Positions 38,738 through 46,339 of a DNA stretch of 64,000 nucleotides are shown here, piece by piece; the first letter of the stretch is position 1, and every line of letters begins with the position of its first letter. This DNA comes from Vampirovibrionales bacterium. GTDB taxonomy: Bacteria; Cyanobacteriota; Vampirovibrionia; Vampirovibrionales; Vampirovibrionaceae. The stretch is taken from contig JAJCZA010000005.1 of the NCBI GenBank assembly GCA_029262635.1, positions 535,135 through 599,134 on the forward strand, in the 5' to 3' direction. The position numbers and the translations under genes are program-made. The notes beneath the pieces were generated by a model that saw nothing but the letters and a program-made list of their open reading frames with translations, ran no database searches and was not told the origin of the DNA.

Positions 38738-39469
38738 TCATTTAGTTTCTTCAGGACTGCGAAAGTCTAAGGGAGAAAAGTTTTGTGAATAGTGACAGGG
38801 TAAGGTTAAAGGTATGGAATCACTTTTATCATAGTCGTATTCATGAAGCCAGTGTGTGACATTAAATGCGTCAACTGACTGATCATCAAAAAGTAATATC
38901 CAACCAACTGGCCACCAAGATACCTCTGCAACTATTTGGCTATAACTTGTTTTGAAATTTATAGGAGATGTTATGCCTGTTGTATAGCGACCACTCCTTT
39001 GGCATTTTAAATAAAGGTAAATATGTAGCGGGTCAATAGATCCGGTTTTTTCTCTATTTAGTATTAATTCTCGGAGAATTTGTTGTTTGTCTGAGAAATC
39101 AGTGCCACAAGTACAACAGAACATAGCGAGTACTTGCTTTATAATCCTTAGAGGAAAAACATCCCGTACAGTGATTGGAAGGTCTTTTTGAGCATTTCCT
39201 TCGTGAGCAAGATCGACAAGTTGTTTGATAAATTCTATGTAGGGTCTTGCATACCAGCTTCCTGTGTCATTGTTGCATTTTCGACAAGAAACCCGTTCGG
39301 CACTACCCCCCTGTCGCTGTTTGCCTTGCCAAGTTAGTTCTCCACTGTGCAGCTCAAGGGCTTGAAGTAATACGGTATCTTCGTTAAAAGCTCTTCTTGG
39401 AGGAACATGTTCTCTAGAGAGGGGGCCAATACGGCCACAGATACAACACTTACCTTCGGTGTTTGGCAT
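38738..39469 (-). CDS. HNH-endonuclease-domain protein with unknown about 160-aa C-terminal domain; AT-rich single-gene insertion
   Basis: CCICG...SREHVPP...N...SCRKCNNDTG matches the HNH CxxC/H/N/CxxCN architecture; about 38% GC. Confidence 0.5.
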   Translation of the reverse strand: MPNTEGKCCICGRIGPLSREHVPPRRAFNEDTVLLQALELHSGELTWQGKQRQGGSAERVSCRKCNNDTGSWYARPYIEFIKQLVDLAHEGNAQKDLPITVRDVFPLRIIKQVLAMFCCTCGTDFSDKQQILRELILNREKTGSIDPLHIYLYLKCQRSGRYTTGITSPINFKTSYSQIVAEVSWWPVGWILLFDDQSVDAFNVTHWLHEYDYDKSDSIPLTLPCHYSQNFSPLDFRSPEETK

Positions 39470-39472
39470 TAT

Positions 39473-41176
39473 CTAGACCATTGGCTCTTTTTCCGGGTAG
39501 TATTCTTTGAGATAGCCGGGGGTGGGGAGGCTTTCTTTGTAGAGGATGTCTCGGGGGACGCCGAGGTTAATGGTGTCCCACGGGAGGATTTCCGATTCCG
39601 GGCGTTCCCGCAGGGCGTACCAATCGAGTTCGGGGAAATCGAGTTCGCCTTCAGCCCTGAGTTCTTTCATGGCGCGATTAATATGACCCAGCGAACCGCC
39701 GTGTTCGTAGAACCGGACAAGAAGCTTGGAGAGTCGTCGATCACCTCGGGACAAAAACGCCTGAAAGTAATCCCACTTGGCGCTGGTGGCCCGAACATCA
39801 CAGGTTTTAGCGAGGCCCTTTTTTAGGCGCTTAAATCGCGCGTCCACGTCTTTATTATCTGGGCGACTCATCCACTGGAAGGGGGTGCCACCTTTGGGCA
39901 CGAAGGAACTGGAGCCCAAAATAATTTCTAAACCCGGCGCCGCCTGCTTTACTTCTTTCATTAGGGCTACGGTTTCGTCAATATCTTCAGGTGTTTCGTC
40001 GGGAAGAGCTACCATGCCGTAAAATTTCAGTGATTTTAGTCCGCCCGCTTTGGCGATTTCAGCGCACTGAATGATTTGTTCATGTTTCAGGTTTTTATTA
40101 ATGCGACGACGAAGTTTTTCCGAACCGGTCTCAATGGCCACCGTGAGCTGGCGCTGATTGCCCCGGACAAACGTTTTAACAATATCCTCGGTGATGGTAT
40201 CCACCCGCAAAGACGAGGCGGAAATATCCAAGTCCGGGTTTTCATCGAGTTTTTTGTGGAGGTGAGCGCAGATATCGTCAAAATTCGGGTGATTGGAAAT
40301 CAGCGCCCCTAAAAGCCCGAGCTTGTTGGTGTGTTGCAGGCCTTGGTCAATGATTTGAATAATACGATCCGCACTGGGTCCACGAGCCGGGAGCATAGAA
40401 TAGCTGGCGAGGCAGAAGCGGCACCGGTGGGCGCACCCTCGCATGACTTCCACCAGAAATTTATTGGCAAAAATAGCCTTGTCCGAAATAATGGGGCTGG
40501 AGGCGACAAAGTTATCCATGTTTTCGATCAGGCGTTTTTGCACAACGGTGGGAATGTCATCGTATTTGGGGGTGATGCTTTTAATGGGGCCGTCCGGGCT
40601 TTCGTATTCAACCTCATACAGTCCGGGAGCGTAAAGACCGGGAACTTCCGCCGCGATGCGTCGAATGAGTTCTTCTCGATCTGTCAGGTGTTCGTATTTT
40701 TTATAGGCTTGGGTTAGTTCGCTCATCATCTCTTCGCCTTCGCCGACGAGGAAAAAATCAAAAAAGTCGGCAAAGGGCTCTGGATTACTCATGGGTACCG
40801 GGCCACCGGCAAAAATTAGGGGATGACTTCGGTTCCGGTCTTTGGCGAAAAACGGGATGTTGTATGTCTCGAATGTTTTAAGAATCGCGATGACATCCAG
40901 CTCAAAGGAAAACGAAAAGCCCATGAGTTCAAACTGGCGAGGGTCGTAATCGGTCAGCGTATCCATATAGACCCGGCTGACATTAACATCCGGATTTTGA
41001 TCCATGTCTTTAAAGAGAATGAGATAGCCCAATGATGACAGGGCAATCTGATAGCTTGCGGGATACATAAATCCGAGATTGACCGCATCGGGGTTGGGCG
41101 GGACAGGATCGTAAAGATAGATCTCTTGTGCCTCGTCCTTGCGGTAGACGGCGTCTTTTCGGGTGGTTTGAGCCAT
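39473..41176 (-). CDS. B12-binding-domain radical SAM protein (class B), function unknown
   Basis: N-terminal cobalamin-binding-like domain, CAHRCRFC CxxxCxxC motif, long C-terminal extension; 567 aa. Confidence 0.8.
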   Translation of the reverse strand: MAQTTRKDAVYRKDEAQEIYLYDPVPPNPDAVNLGFMYPASYQIALSSLGYLILFKDMDQNPDVNVSRVYMDTLTDYDPRQFELMGFSFSFELDVIAILKTFETYNIPFFAKDRNRSHPLIFAGGPVPMSNPEPFADFFDFFLVGEGEEMMSELTQAYKKYEHLTDREELIRRIAAEVPGLYAPGLYEVEYESPDGPIKSITPKYDDIPTVVQKRLIENMDNFVASSPIISDKAIFANKFLVEVMRGCAHRCRFCLASYSMLPARGPSADRIIQIIDQGLQHTNKLGLLGALISNHPNFDDICAHLHKKLDENPDLDISASSLRVDTITEDIVKTFVRGNQRQLTVAIETGSEKLRRRINKNLKHEQIIQCAEIAKAGGLKSLKFYGMVALPDETPEDIDETVALMKEVKQAAPGLEIILGSSSFVPKGGTPFQWMSRPDNKDVDARFKRLKKGLAKTCDVRATSAKWDYFQAFLSRGDRRLSKLLVRFYEHGGSLGHINRAMKELRAEGELDFPELDWYALRERPESEILPWDTINLGVPRDILYKESLPTPGYLKEYYPEKEPMV

Positions 41177-41229
41177 GGGGTTGGGTTACCTAATTACAAT
41201 TTCGTCACATTCGTTTTAATATATGGGCA

Positions 41230-41256
41230 TTCTATTTATTATTTTTCGAAATAGAA
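41230..41256. promoter_or_regulatory. inverted repeat TTCTATTT-N11-AAATAGAA in divergent promoter region between the two radical SAM genes
   Basis: 8-bp perfect arms at 41230-41237 and 41249-41256. Confidence 0.3.
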
Positions 41257-41313
41257 CAGGCTAATTCTAGTGTAGAAGCCACTATAACACCGACGAAAAG
41301 GGAACACAAAACC

Positions 41314-42411
41314 ATGACCACTTTGGCCCCCGAAATTAAAGAAACACTGCCGACGAACCGCTTGGAGCGAAACGAGGCGTTGCGCCTGTTTCAAGAAGCG
41401 GATTTGTTTACCTTGGGCATTATGGCCGAAGAGGTAAAATATCGCTTTCACGGGGCGAATCCAGCATATACGTTTGTGATTGACCGAAATGTGAACTACA
41501 CCAATGTGTGTAATGTGGATTGTCTATTCTGCGCCTTTTATCGTCCGGCAGACCACCCGGAAGCTTATACCCTGACTTTTGAGCAAATTAAAGAGAAGGT
41601 GGAAGAGCTGATGCTTGCGGGTGGAACCCAGCTATTGCTTCAAGGCGGCGTGAACCCGGATTTGCCGTTTGAGTATTACACGGATCTGGTGCGAAATATT
41701 CGAAATGAATTCCCGGAGCTGACCATTCATGCTTTTTCGCCGACAGAAGTCTCTTTTATGGCAGAGCAGACGGGGCAATCTGTCAAATGGATTTTAGAGC
41801 AGTTGATTGATGCCGGTATGTCGTCCTTGCCGGGCGCCGGCGGTGAAATTCTCCACGATGATATCCGGCGCAAGGTTAGTCATAAAAAAGTGAAGACTGA
41901 AGACTGGATGGGTGTGATGGATACGGCGCACAAGCTTGGCATGAAAACCTCATCGACGATGATGTTTGGCATGATGGAAGAGGATTGGCACATTATCGAT
42001 CATCTGTTCCGCATCCGAGAACAGCAGGATAAAACCGGCGGATTCCTGTCCTTTATTCCGTGGACTTTTCAACGAGCCAACACCAAGTTAGAACGCTTGC
42101 CCAATCAGGCCGCTACCGGACTAGAATATTTGCGAGTCAGTGCCATGGCCCGGATTATTCTGGATAACGTCCCTAATATCGGTGCATCGTGGATTACCCA
42201 AGGCGTTAAGCTCGGTCAAACCGCTCTGACGATGGGCGCTAATGATATGGGCGGACTGCTCCTCGAAGAAAACGTGGTGACCCAAGCCGGAATCAACCCC
42301 ACGAGAAAAAGCGTCGAAGAAATGGTTAAAGCCATCCACGACACCGGCCACGACGCCGCCCAACGCGATACGGCGTATAATATCTTGAAGGTCTTTCCGG
42401 TGGGAGTGTAA
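41314..42411 (+). CDS. radical SAM enzyme of the MqnC/MqnE (futalosine-pathway) / CofH-like family
   Basis: CNVDCLFCAF CxxxCxxC motif and family-typical length/pattern; cannot discriminate MqnC versus MqnE. Confidence 0.7.
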   Translation: MTTLAPEIKETLPTNRLERNEALRLFQEADLFTLGIMAEEVKYRFHGANPAYTFVIDRNVNYTNVCNVDCLFCAFYRPADHPEAYTLTFEQIKEKVEELMLAGGTQLLLQGGVNPDLPFEYYTDLVRNIRNEFPELTIHAFSPTEVSFMAEQTGQSVKWILEQLIDAGMSSLPGAGGEILHDDIRRKVSHKKVKTEDWMGVMDTAHKLGMKTSSTMMFGMMEEDWHIIDHLFRIREQQDKTGGFLSFIPWTFQRANTKLERLPNQAATGLEYLRVSAMARIILDNVPNIGASWITQGVKLGQTALTMGANDMGGLLLEENVVTQAGINPTRKSVEEMVKAIHDTGHDAAQRDTAYNILKVFPVGV

Positions 42412-42414
42412 ACA

Positions 42415-43143
42415 TTATTGATTTTTCTTGCTTCTCAATTCTTCTAATAGTCGTTCAGACAAATCAAGAATAGTATTCCAGTCGGCTAATATTTGTGCGT
42501 GAAATTGAATCATGGGTGGATCGGTTTCAGAGTCAGCTACAATAAAGGGCTTAAAATTTTCTGACTGAGTTTGGTTAATGTTGCTTTTAAAGTCTGCCCT
42601 TTCATTGGTTCTCTTCTTATAATCTTCCGCCTTCTTTGGGGTTAAACAAAAGGGTGGAATATAAGGAGGCATTCTATGTGCGAGAGAGTGGCGGAATTGC
42701 TCTAAATTTTCTTTCCACTTTGTAAGCCGCTCAGAATTTAGATACTCTCTGAATTCCTCAGATAACTTCCTTTGAATTTTTTTATTAAATAGACTTACCT
42801 CATGCTTTCTTTTAGACTCAAATTGGGTTTCTGTAACCCATATCCAAGCAAGGTTATCAATGCAGCCATAAGTATTGAAAGAAAATGCTTGCAGGTTAAT
42901 AGTAATATCAGTGAGAGTCTTATCAGACGGTCCTTCTGCTTGATTTAGAGGGCAAAGCATATAAGTATTTTGAATACACCTTTTTAAAGTAGACATTCTA
43001 CGAAGTAACCCGTTATATACGTAATTGGGGTATTCCTGAGTGTCGAAAAAAAGAGTATATTTAGATACTAGGTCTTGATGGGTTTCTTCTACAGAGTTGT
43101 AGCCTGTTGTAAGCTTCTTGATGTTTTCTTGAGAATAAAACAT
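42415..43143 (-). CDS. hypothetical protein with HEPN-like RxxxxAH motif (Abi_2/AbiD-like candidate); AT-rich single-gene insertion
   Basis: about 33% GC; FRHSLAHR resembles the Rx4-6H HEPN motif; otherwise no match. Confidence 0.4.
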   Translation of the reverse strand: MFYSQENIKKLTTGYNSVEETHQDLVSKYTLFFDTQEYPNYVYNGLLRRMSTLKRCIQNTYMLCPLNQAEGPSDKTLTDITINLQAFSFNTYGCIDNLAWIWVTETQFESKRKHEVSLFNKKIQRKLSEEFREYLNSERLTKWKENLEQFRHSLAHRMPPYIPPFCLTPKKAEDYKKRTNERADFKSNINQTQSENFKPFIVADSETDPPMIQFHAQILADWNTILDLSERLLEELRSKKNQ

Positions 43144-43186
43144 TTTCTCTTGTTTCTTACTTATTTAAACACTTGCTCTATAGTAA

Positions 43187-43233
43187 CAAAAAAGCTGTTC
43201 TCAAAGTCTTCCAACTTTAGGAACAGCTTTTTA
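43187..43233. terminator. bidirectional rho-independent terminator downstream of the YceI-like gene
   Basis: stem agctgttc/gaacagct with A-run before and T-run after. Confidence 0.6.
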
Positions 43234-43248
43234 AATAATGGATTCGGG

Positions 43249-43908
43249 TTACTTTAGTGATTCGGGGTCATCGGTGGCGAAGGCGTCAATGGTTACATTC
43301 ACGGTTTCAGATAATTTGACGAACAGGGCTTCCGGTCGGGGAATGCCGTGTTCGGTCAGAGTGACGGGAAACGTTCCTCGAATACGAATCATATTACCGG
43401 ATTTGAATCGTTTATGGGTGGTGAGCGACTCTTCAAAATAAGTAACCTTCATAGAAGCCGATTTCGGCACGCTCACACCATGAATGGTAAAGGGGCCGGT
43501 GGCGTTGATGGTGACCACATCACCGGTTTTAAACGGAGCTTTGGCCTTGGTTTTAATGCGAGTGGCCTTAAATGTCGCTTTTGGGAATTTTGCGGTATGT
43601 AAAAAGTTATCCCGCATGTGCTGGTTTCGCAGTGGGATACCCGTATCAATGCTGGCTAAATCCACATTAAAGGTTACTTCAAACGGGTGCTTTTTATCAA
43701 ACGTGAATGAATCATCGTAGCAAACTTTGCCTTTGATTTTATTGGTGACCCCTTCAATTAGTTCTACCGGAGCATCGGACGAGAAGCGGACCACATCCCG
43801 GTTTGAATGGTCGTCAATATAAAAACATTTGGCTTCGGCACCTGAGGGCAAAAAGCTAACCATCCCTAAAAGAGCGGCGAGTACGACTAAAAATTTAATT
43901 TGTTTCAT
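43249..43908 (-). CDS. YceI-like periplasmic protein (signal peptide)
   Basis: Sec signal MKQIKFLVVLAALLGMVSFLPSGAEA; YceI-like beta-barrel pattern; SD AAGGA 25 bp after the upstream gene. Confidence 0.7.
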   Translation of the reverse strand: MKQIKFLVVLAALLGMVSFLPSGAEAKCFYIDDHSNRDVVRFSSDAPVELIEGVTNKIKGKVCYDDSFTFDKKHPFEVTFNVDLASIDTGIPLRNQHMRDNFLHTAKFPKATFKATRIKTKAKAPFKTGDVVTINATGPFTIHGVSVPKSASMKVTYFEESLTTHKRFKSGNMIRIRGTFPVTLTEHGIPRPEALFVKLSETVNVTIDAFATDDPESLK

Positions 43909-43933
43909 TGATGTTGATTCCTTTATTCTGATT

Positions 43934-44830
43934 CTAAATGACTGTTACGGAGCCGGATAAAACTCCCAAAGAATAGCACTGGTTAAGAAGTTTAAGCCCT
44001 TCTTCAAATAGCTTTTCTTTAGGAATCGCTTCCAATTCTGGCATGGTTTTTTGTAGCGTTTCCAAGGTTTTCAAATAAGATGATGATTTTTCTGACGTCG
44101 ACATAAACGCTGAGGTCAGCGGATTTAATCGGAAAAACCGAGCCTTTAATGTTTCGGGATCCCGATAAATTAAGATATCACTGGGCGCCGGTTTTACCTT
44201 TGAAAAAATAGTGAGTTGCTCATCCTCTGTCATATCCATTTGCCTTAAAATTTCGGGCACCGGATAGATAAATGACTTTAAGTGCCGAGCTGAATTCCAG
44301 ACGGGTTTCCACTGGCCTAACTCATTAGCAGAGTCAGGAACACCTGGCTCGAATGACTGAGGGAAGACGATGTCAGGCGCATTCTGAACGGTTACTTCAA
44401 TGCCTTCGTACCATGCTAAGTCAGCAAGAAAAGGAAATTTATCTCCTACTTCATTCAAGTTATGACGACAAGTAACAGCAGGGTTAGACGCCATGGTTTC
44501 TAAAAACTCAGGGAAAGCTTCCATGGAGCGATAAAGCTGAAATGAGGTATTGGGATAGATTCGCCGGTAAACTTCGGCCAGATGAACCCATTGAGCATTG
44601 CTAAAAAATCGAGCCGTGTAGGGGAAGATATTGTTCATTGTCGAAAAAATACCGCCTCGCAGTAGTTCTTCGTACAAATACAAGCCTTCTCTTGGAATAC
44701 CAGCTAAATGCTGCCCTTGAGGCGTTTGAGTAAATGCGGTCCACGAGGCTTCATCATTCAGAACGTTATGGCCGTCCATGGTTAGTAAGGCGGTGCCCAA
44801 TTGTTGTTGAAGTTCTTTAACGCTTGCCAT
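43934..44830 (-). CDS. DUF2063-family protein (MbnC/BufC-like partner of DUF692 enzymes)
   Basis: N-terminal region fits the DUF2063 pattern (..YRRIYPNTSFQLYRSMEAFPEFL..); start overlaps the DUF692 stop (ATGA). Confidence 0.6.
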   Translation of the reverse strand: MASVKELQQQLGTALLTMDGHNVLNDEASWTAFTQTPQGQHLAGIPREGLYLYEELLRGGIFSTMNNIFPYTARFFSNAQWVHLAEVYRRIYPNTSFQLYRSMEAFPEFLETMASNPAVTCRHNLNEVGDKFPFLADLAWYEGIEVTVQNAPDIVFPQSFEPGVPDSANELGQWKPVWNSARHLKSFIYPVPEILRQMDMTEDEQLTIFSKVKPAPSDILIYRDPETLKARFFRLNPLTSAFMSTSEKSSSYLKTLETLQKTMPELEAIPKEKLFEEGLKLLNQCYSLGVLSGSVTVI

Positions 44831-45723
44831 TATCCTGCCAGCTCCTTTCGCTTTCTAGGAGCCGTTTTTCTTATGACGCCATAATGCTTTTCCCAAAGGG
44901 CTTTAATTCGTTCAATTTCGGGTCTAAGTTCGCTGAAAGGTGGGATATTAAGATCTCGCTCCAGCATCACTCCGCTGGGCTGACATTGTTTTAAGACATA
45001 ATCCAGCAGCTCCCACACCGCCTCTTTAACCGGTGCACCATGGGTATCCACCAAGCCTTCGGGATACTCTGTGTGGCCAGCCATATGAATTTGAACCACT
45101 CGCTCTAAAGGCAACGCATCAAAATAGGCTTTGACATCCCAATGGTGATTCGTGGCGTTCACAAACACATTGTTTACATCCAGCAACAGGCCGCAGTCAG
45201 CTTGTTCTAAAATACTAGCCAGATAGACTTCATCGCTCATCTCATTGTCGGGGTAATTCACATAAAATGAAGGGTTTTCAATCAAGACCGGAATTTGAAA
45301 GGTGTCTTGTAAGTATTTGATTCGCTCGGCCACATGGTTTACCGATGCTTGATGACGAGGCATGGGGATCAAATCGTTAAAATACAAACTGTTAATCCCG
45401 CTAAAGGTCAGGTGGTCGCTAAACCAAGCTGGTTTAACGATGTCGAAAAGTTCTTTAAGCTGTTGAATATAAAGGGGATCCCACGGGTCGGTACTGCCGA
45501 TAGAAAGGCTCACGCCGTGAGAGACAAGAGGGTAGACTGCCATGGCTTTTTCCAGACGTTGACGAGCCAATCCGCCTTTACCCATATAATTTTCAGGGGT
45601 GATTTCCACCCAGTCTAAAATATCGGTGGCTTCCAGTGTCTCCTGCAGGAGGGAATCACGAAGACCCAAGCCGACACCAAGTATCGGCGTTCCTTGGAAC
45701 CCGGCTTGATGTCTCTGTGTCAT
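44830..45723 (-). CDS. DUF692-family (MbnB/BufB-like, xylose-isomerase-like TIM barrel) peptide-modifying enzyme candidate
   Basis: UPF0276 signatures incl. IENPSFY; start placed at second ATG 45723 with SD GGAGG 8 nt upstream (ORF track 45738). Confidence 0.75.
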   Translation of the reverse strand: MTQRHQAGFQGTPILGVGLGLRDSLLQETLEATDILDWVEITPENYMGKGGLARQRLEKAMAVYPLVSHGVSLSIGSTDPWDPLYIQQLKELFDIVKPAWFSDHLTFSGINSLYFNDLIPMPRHQASVNHVAERIKYLQDTFQIPVLIENPSFYVNYPDNEMSDEVYLASILEQADCGLLLDVNNVFVNATNHHWDVKAYFDALPLERVVQIHMAGHTEYPEGLVDTHGAPVKEAVWELLDYVLKQCQPSGVMLERDLNIPPFSELRPEIERIKALWEKHYGVIRKTAPRKRKELAG

Positions 45724-45801
45724 TTGATTCGCCTCCATTGCAGAAAACTCTGGATTATTTGTTTGTTATTAGTTTAGAGTTAAAAGCTATTAGTTACTTA
45801 C

Positions 45802-45837
45802 GAAAAAAGCCTAATAATTAACACCAGCTGTGCTGGT
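45802..45837 (-). terminator. weak hairpin (possible attenuator) between the precursor gene and the modification genes
   Basis: stem accagc/gctggt overlapping the precursor stop codon, U-tract 14 nt downstream on the transcript. Confidence 0.25.
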
Positions 45838-46124
45838 TATTTGTCGGAACCGCAGGTGCCGGCACCGCATTTATCTCCGCCGCCTTTATCGCCGTGGTCT
45901 TTATCTTTACCGCATTTATCAGAACCGCATTTATGCTCGCCTTTGTCTTTGCCACATTTATCGGAACCACATTTGTCGCCTTCAGCGATGAGGGTGCCGT
46001 TTCCGGTAAATTCGGTCATACCAAAAAGGCCATCGTTAGCTTGAGCTTGTTGATCAACAGCCGCAACACTAGCAACAACACCAAGGGCAAGGGCAACAGC
46101 CGATAATTTATTTTTATAGTTCAT
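45837..46124 (-). CDS. secreted 6-Cys low-complexity peptide (RiPP/bufferin-like precursor candidate)
   Basis: Sec signal with AQA cleavage site; mature part GDKCGSDKCGKDKGEHKCGSDKCGKDKDHGDKGGGDKCGAGTCGSDK with all six Cys in x-C-G context; SD AAGGAG upstream. Confidence 0.7.
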   Translation of the reverse strand: MNYKNKLSAVALALGVVASVAAVDQQAQANDGLFGMTEFTGNGTLIAEGDKCGSDKCGKDKGEHKCGSDKCGKDKDHGDKGGGDKCGAGTCGSDK

Positions 46125-46145
46125 TGAGGTTAAACTCCTTACTTA

Positions 46146-46159
46146 TTAATTCGAATTAA
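46146..46159. promoter_or_regulatory. perfect 14-bp palindrome TTAATTCGAATTAA just upstream of the precursor gene's RBS (candidate operator)
   Basis: self-complementary; partly duplicated (ATTAATTCG x2); a second 16-bp A/T palindrome TCTTTTTTAAAAAAGA lies at 46192-46207. Confidence 0.35.
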
Positions 46160-46339
46160 TTCGTTTTTTACCAATTATCCAGTTTAAATATCTTTTTTAA
46201 AAAAGAAGATACTCTAGTGTAGACGATACACCCCTCAAATGTTCCAAAGTTCACTCAGGGAGTTGATTACCGTTCAGTAACCAATAGAAACCCACCGGCT
46301 TTTCAGCTTTACATTTCCTGACATATAACCAAGTTACCT

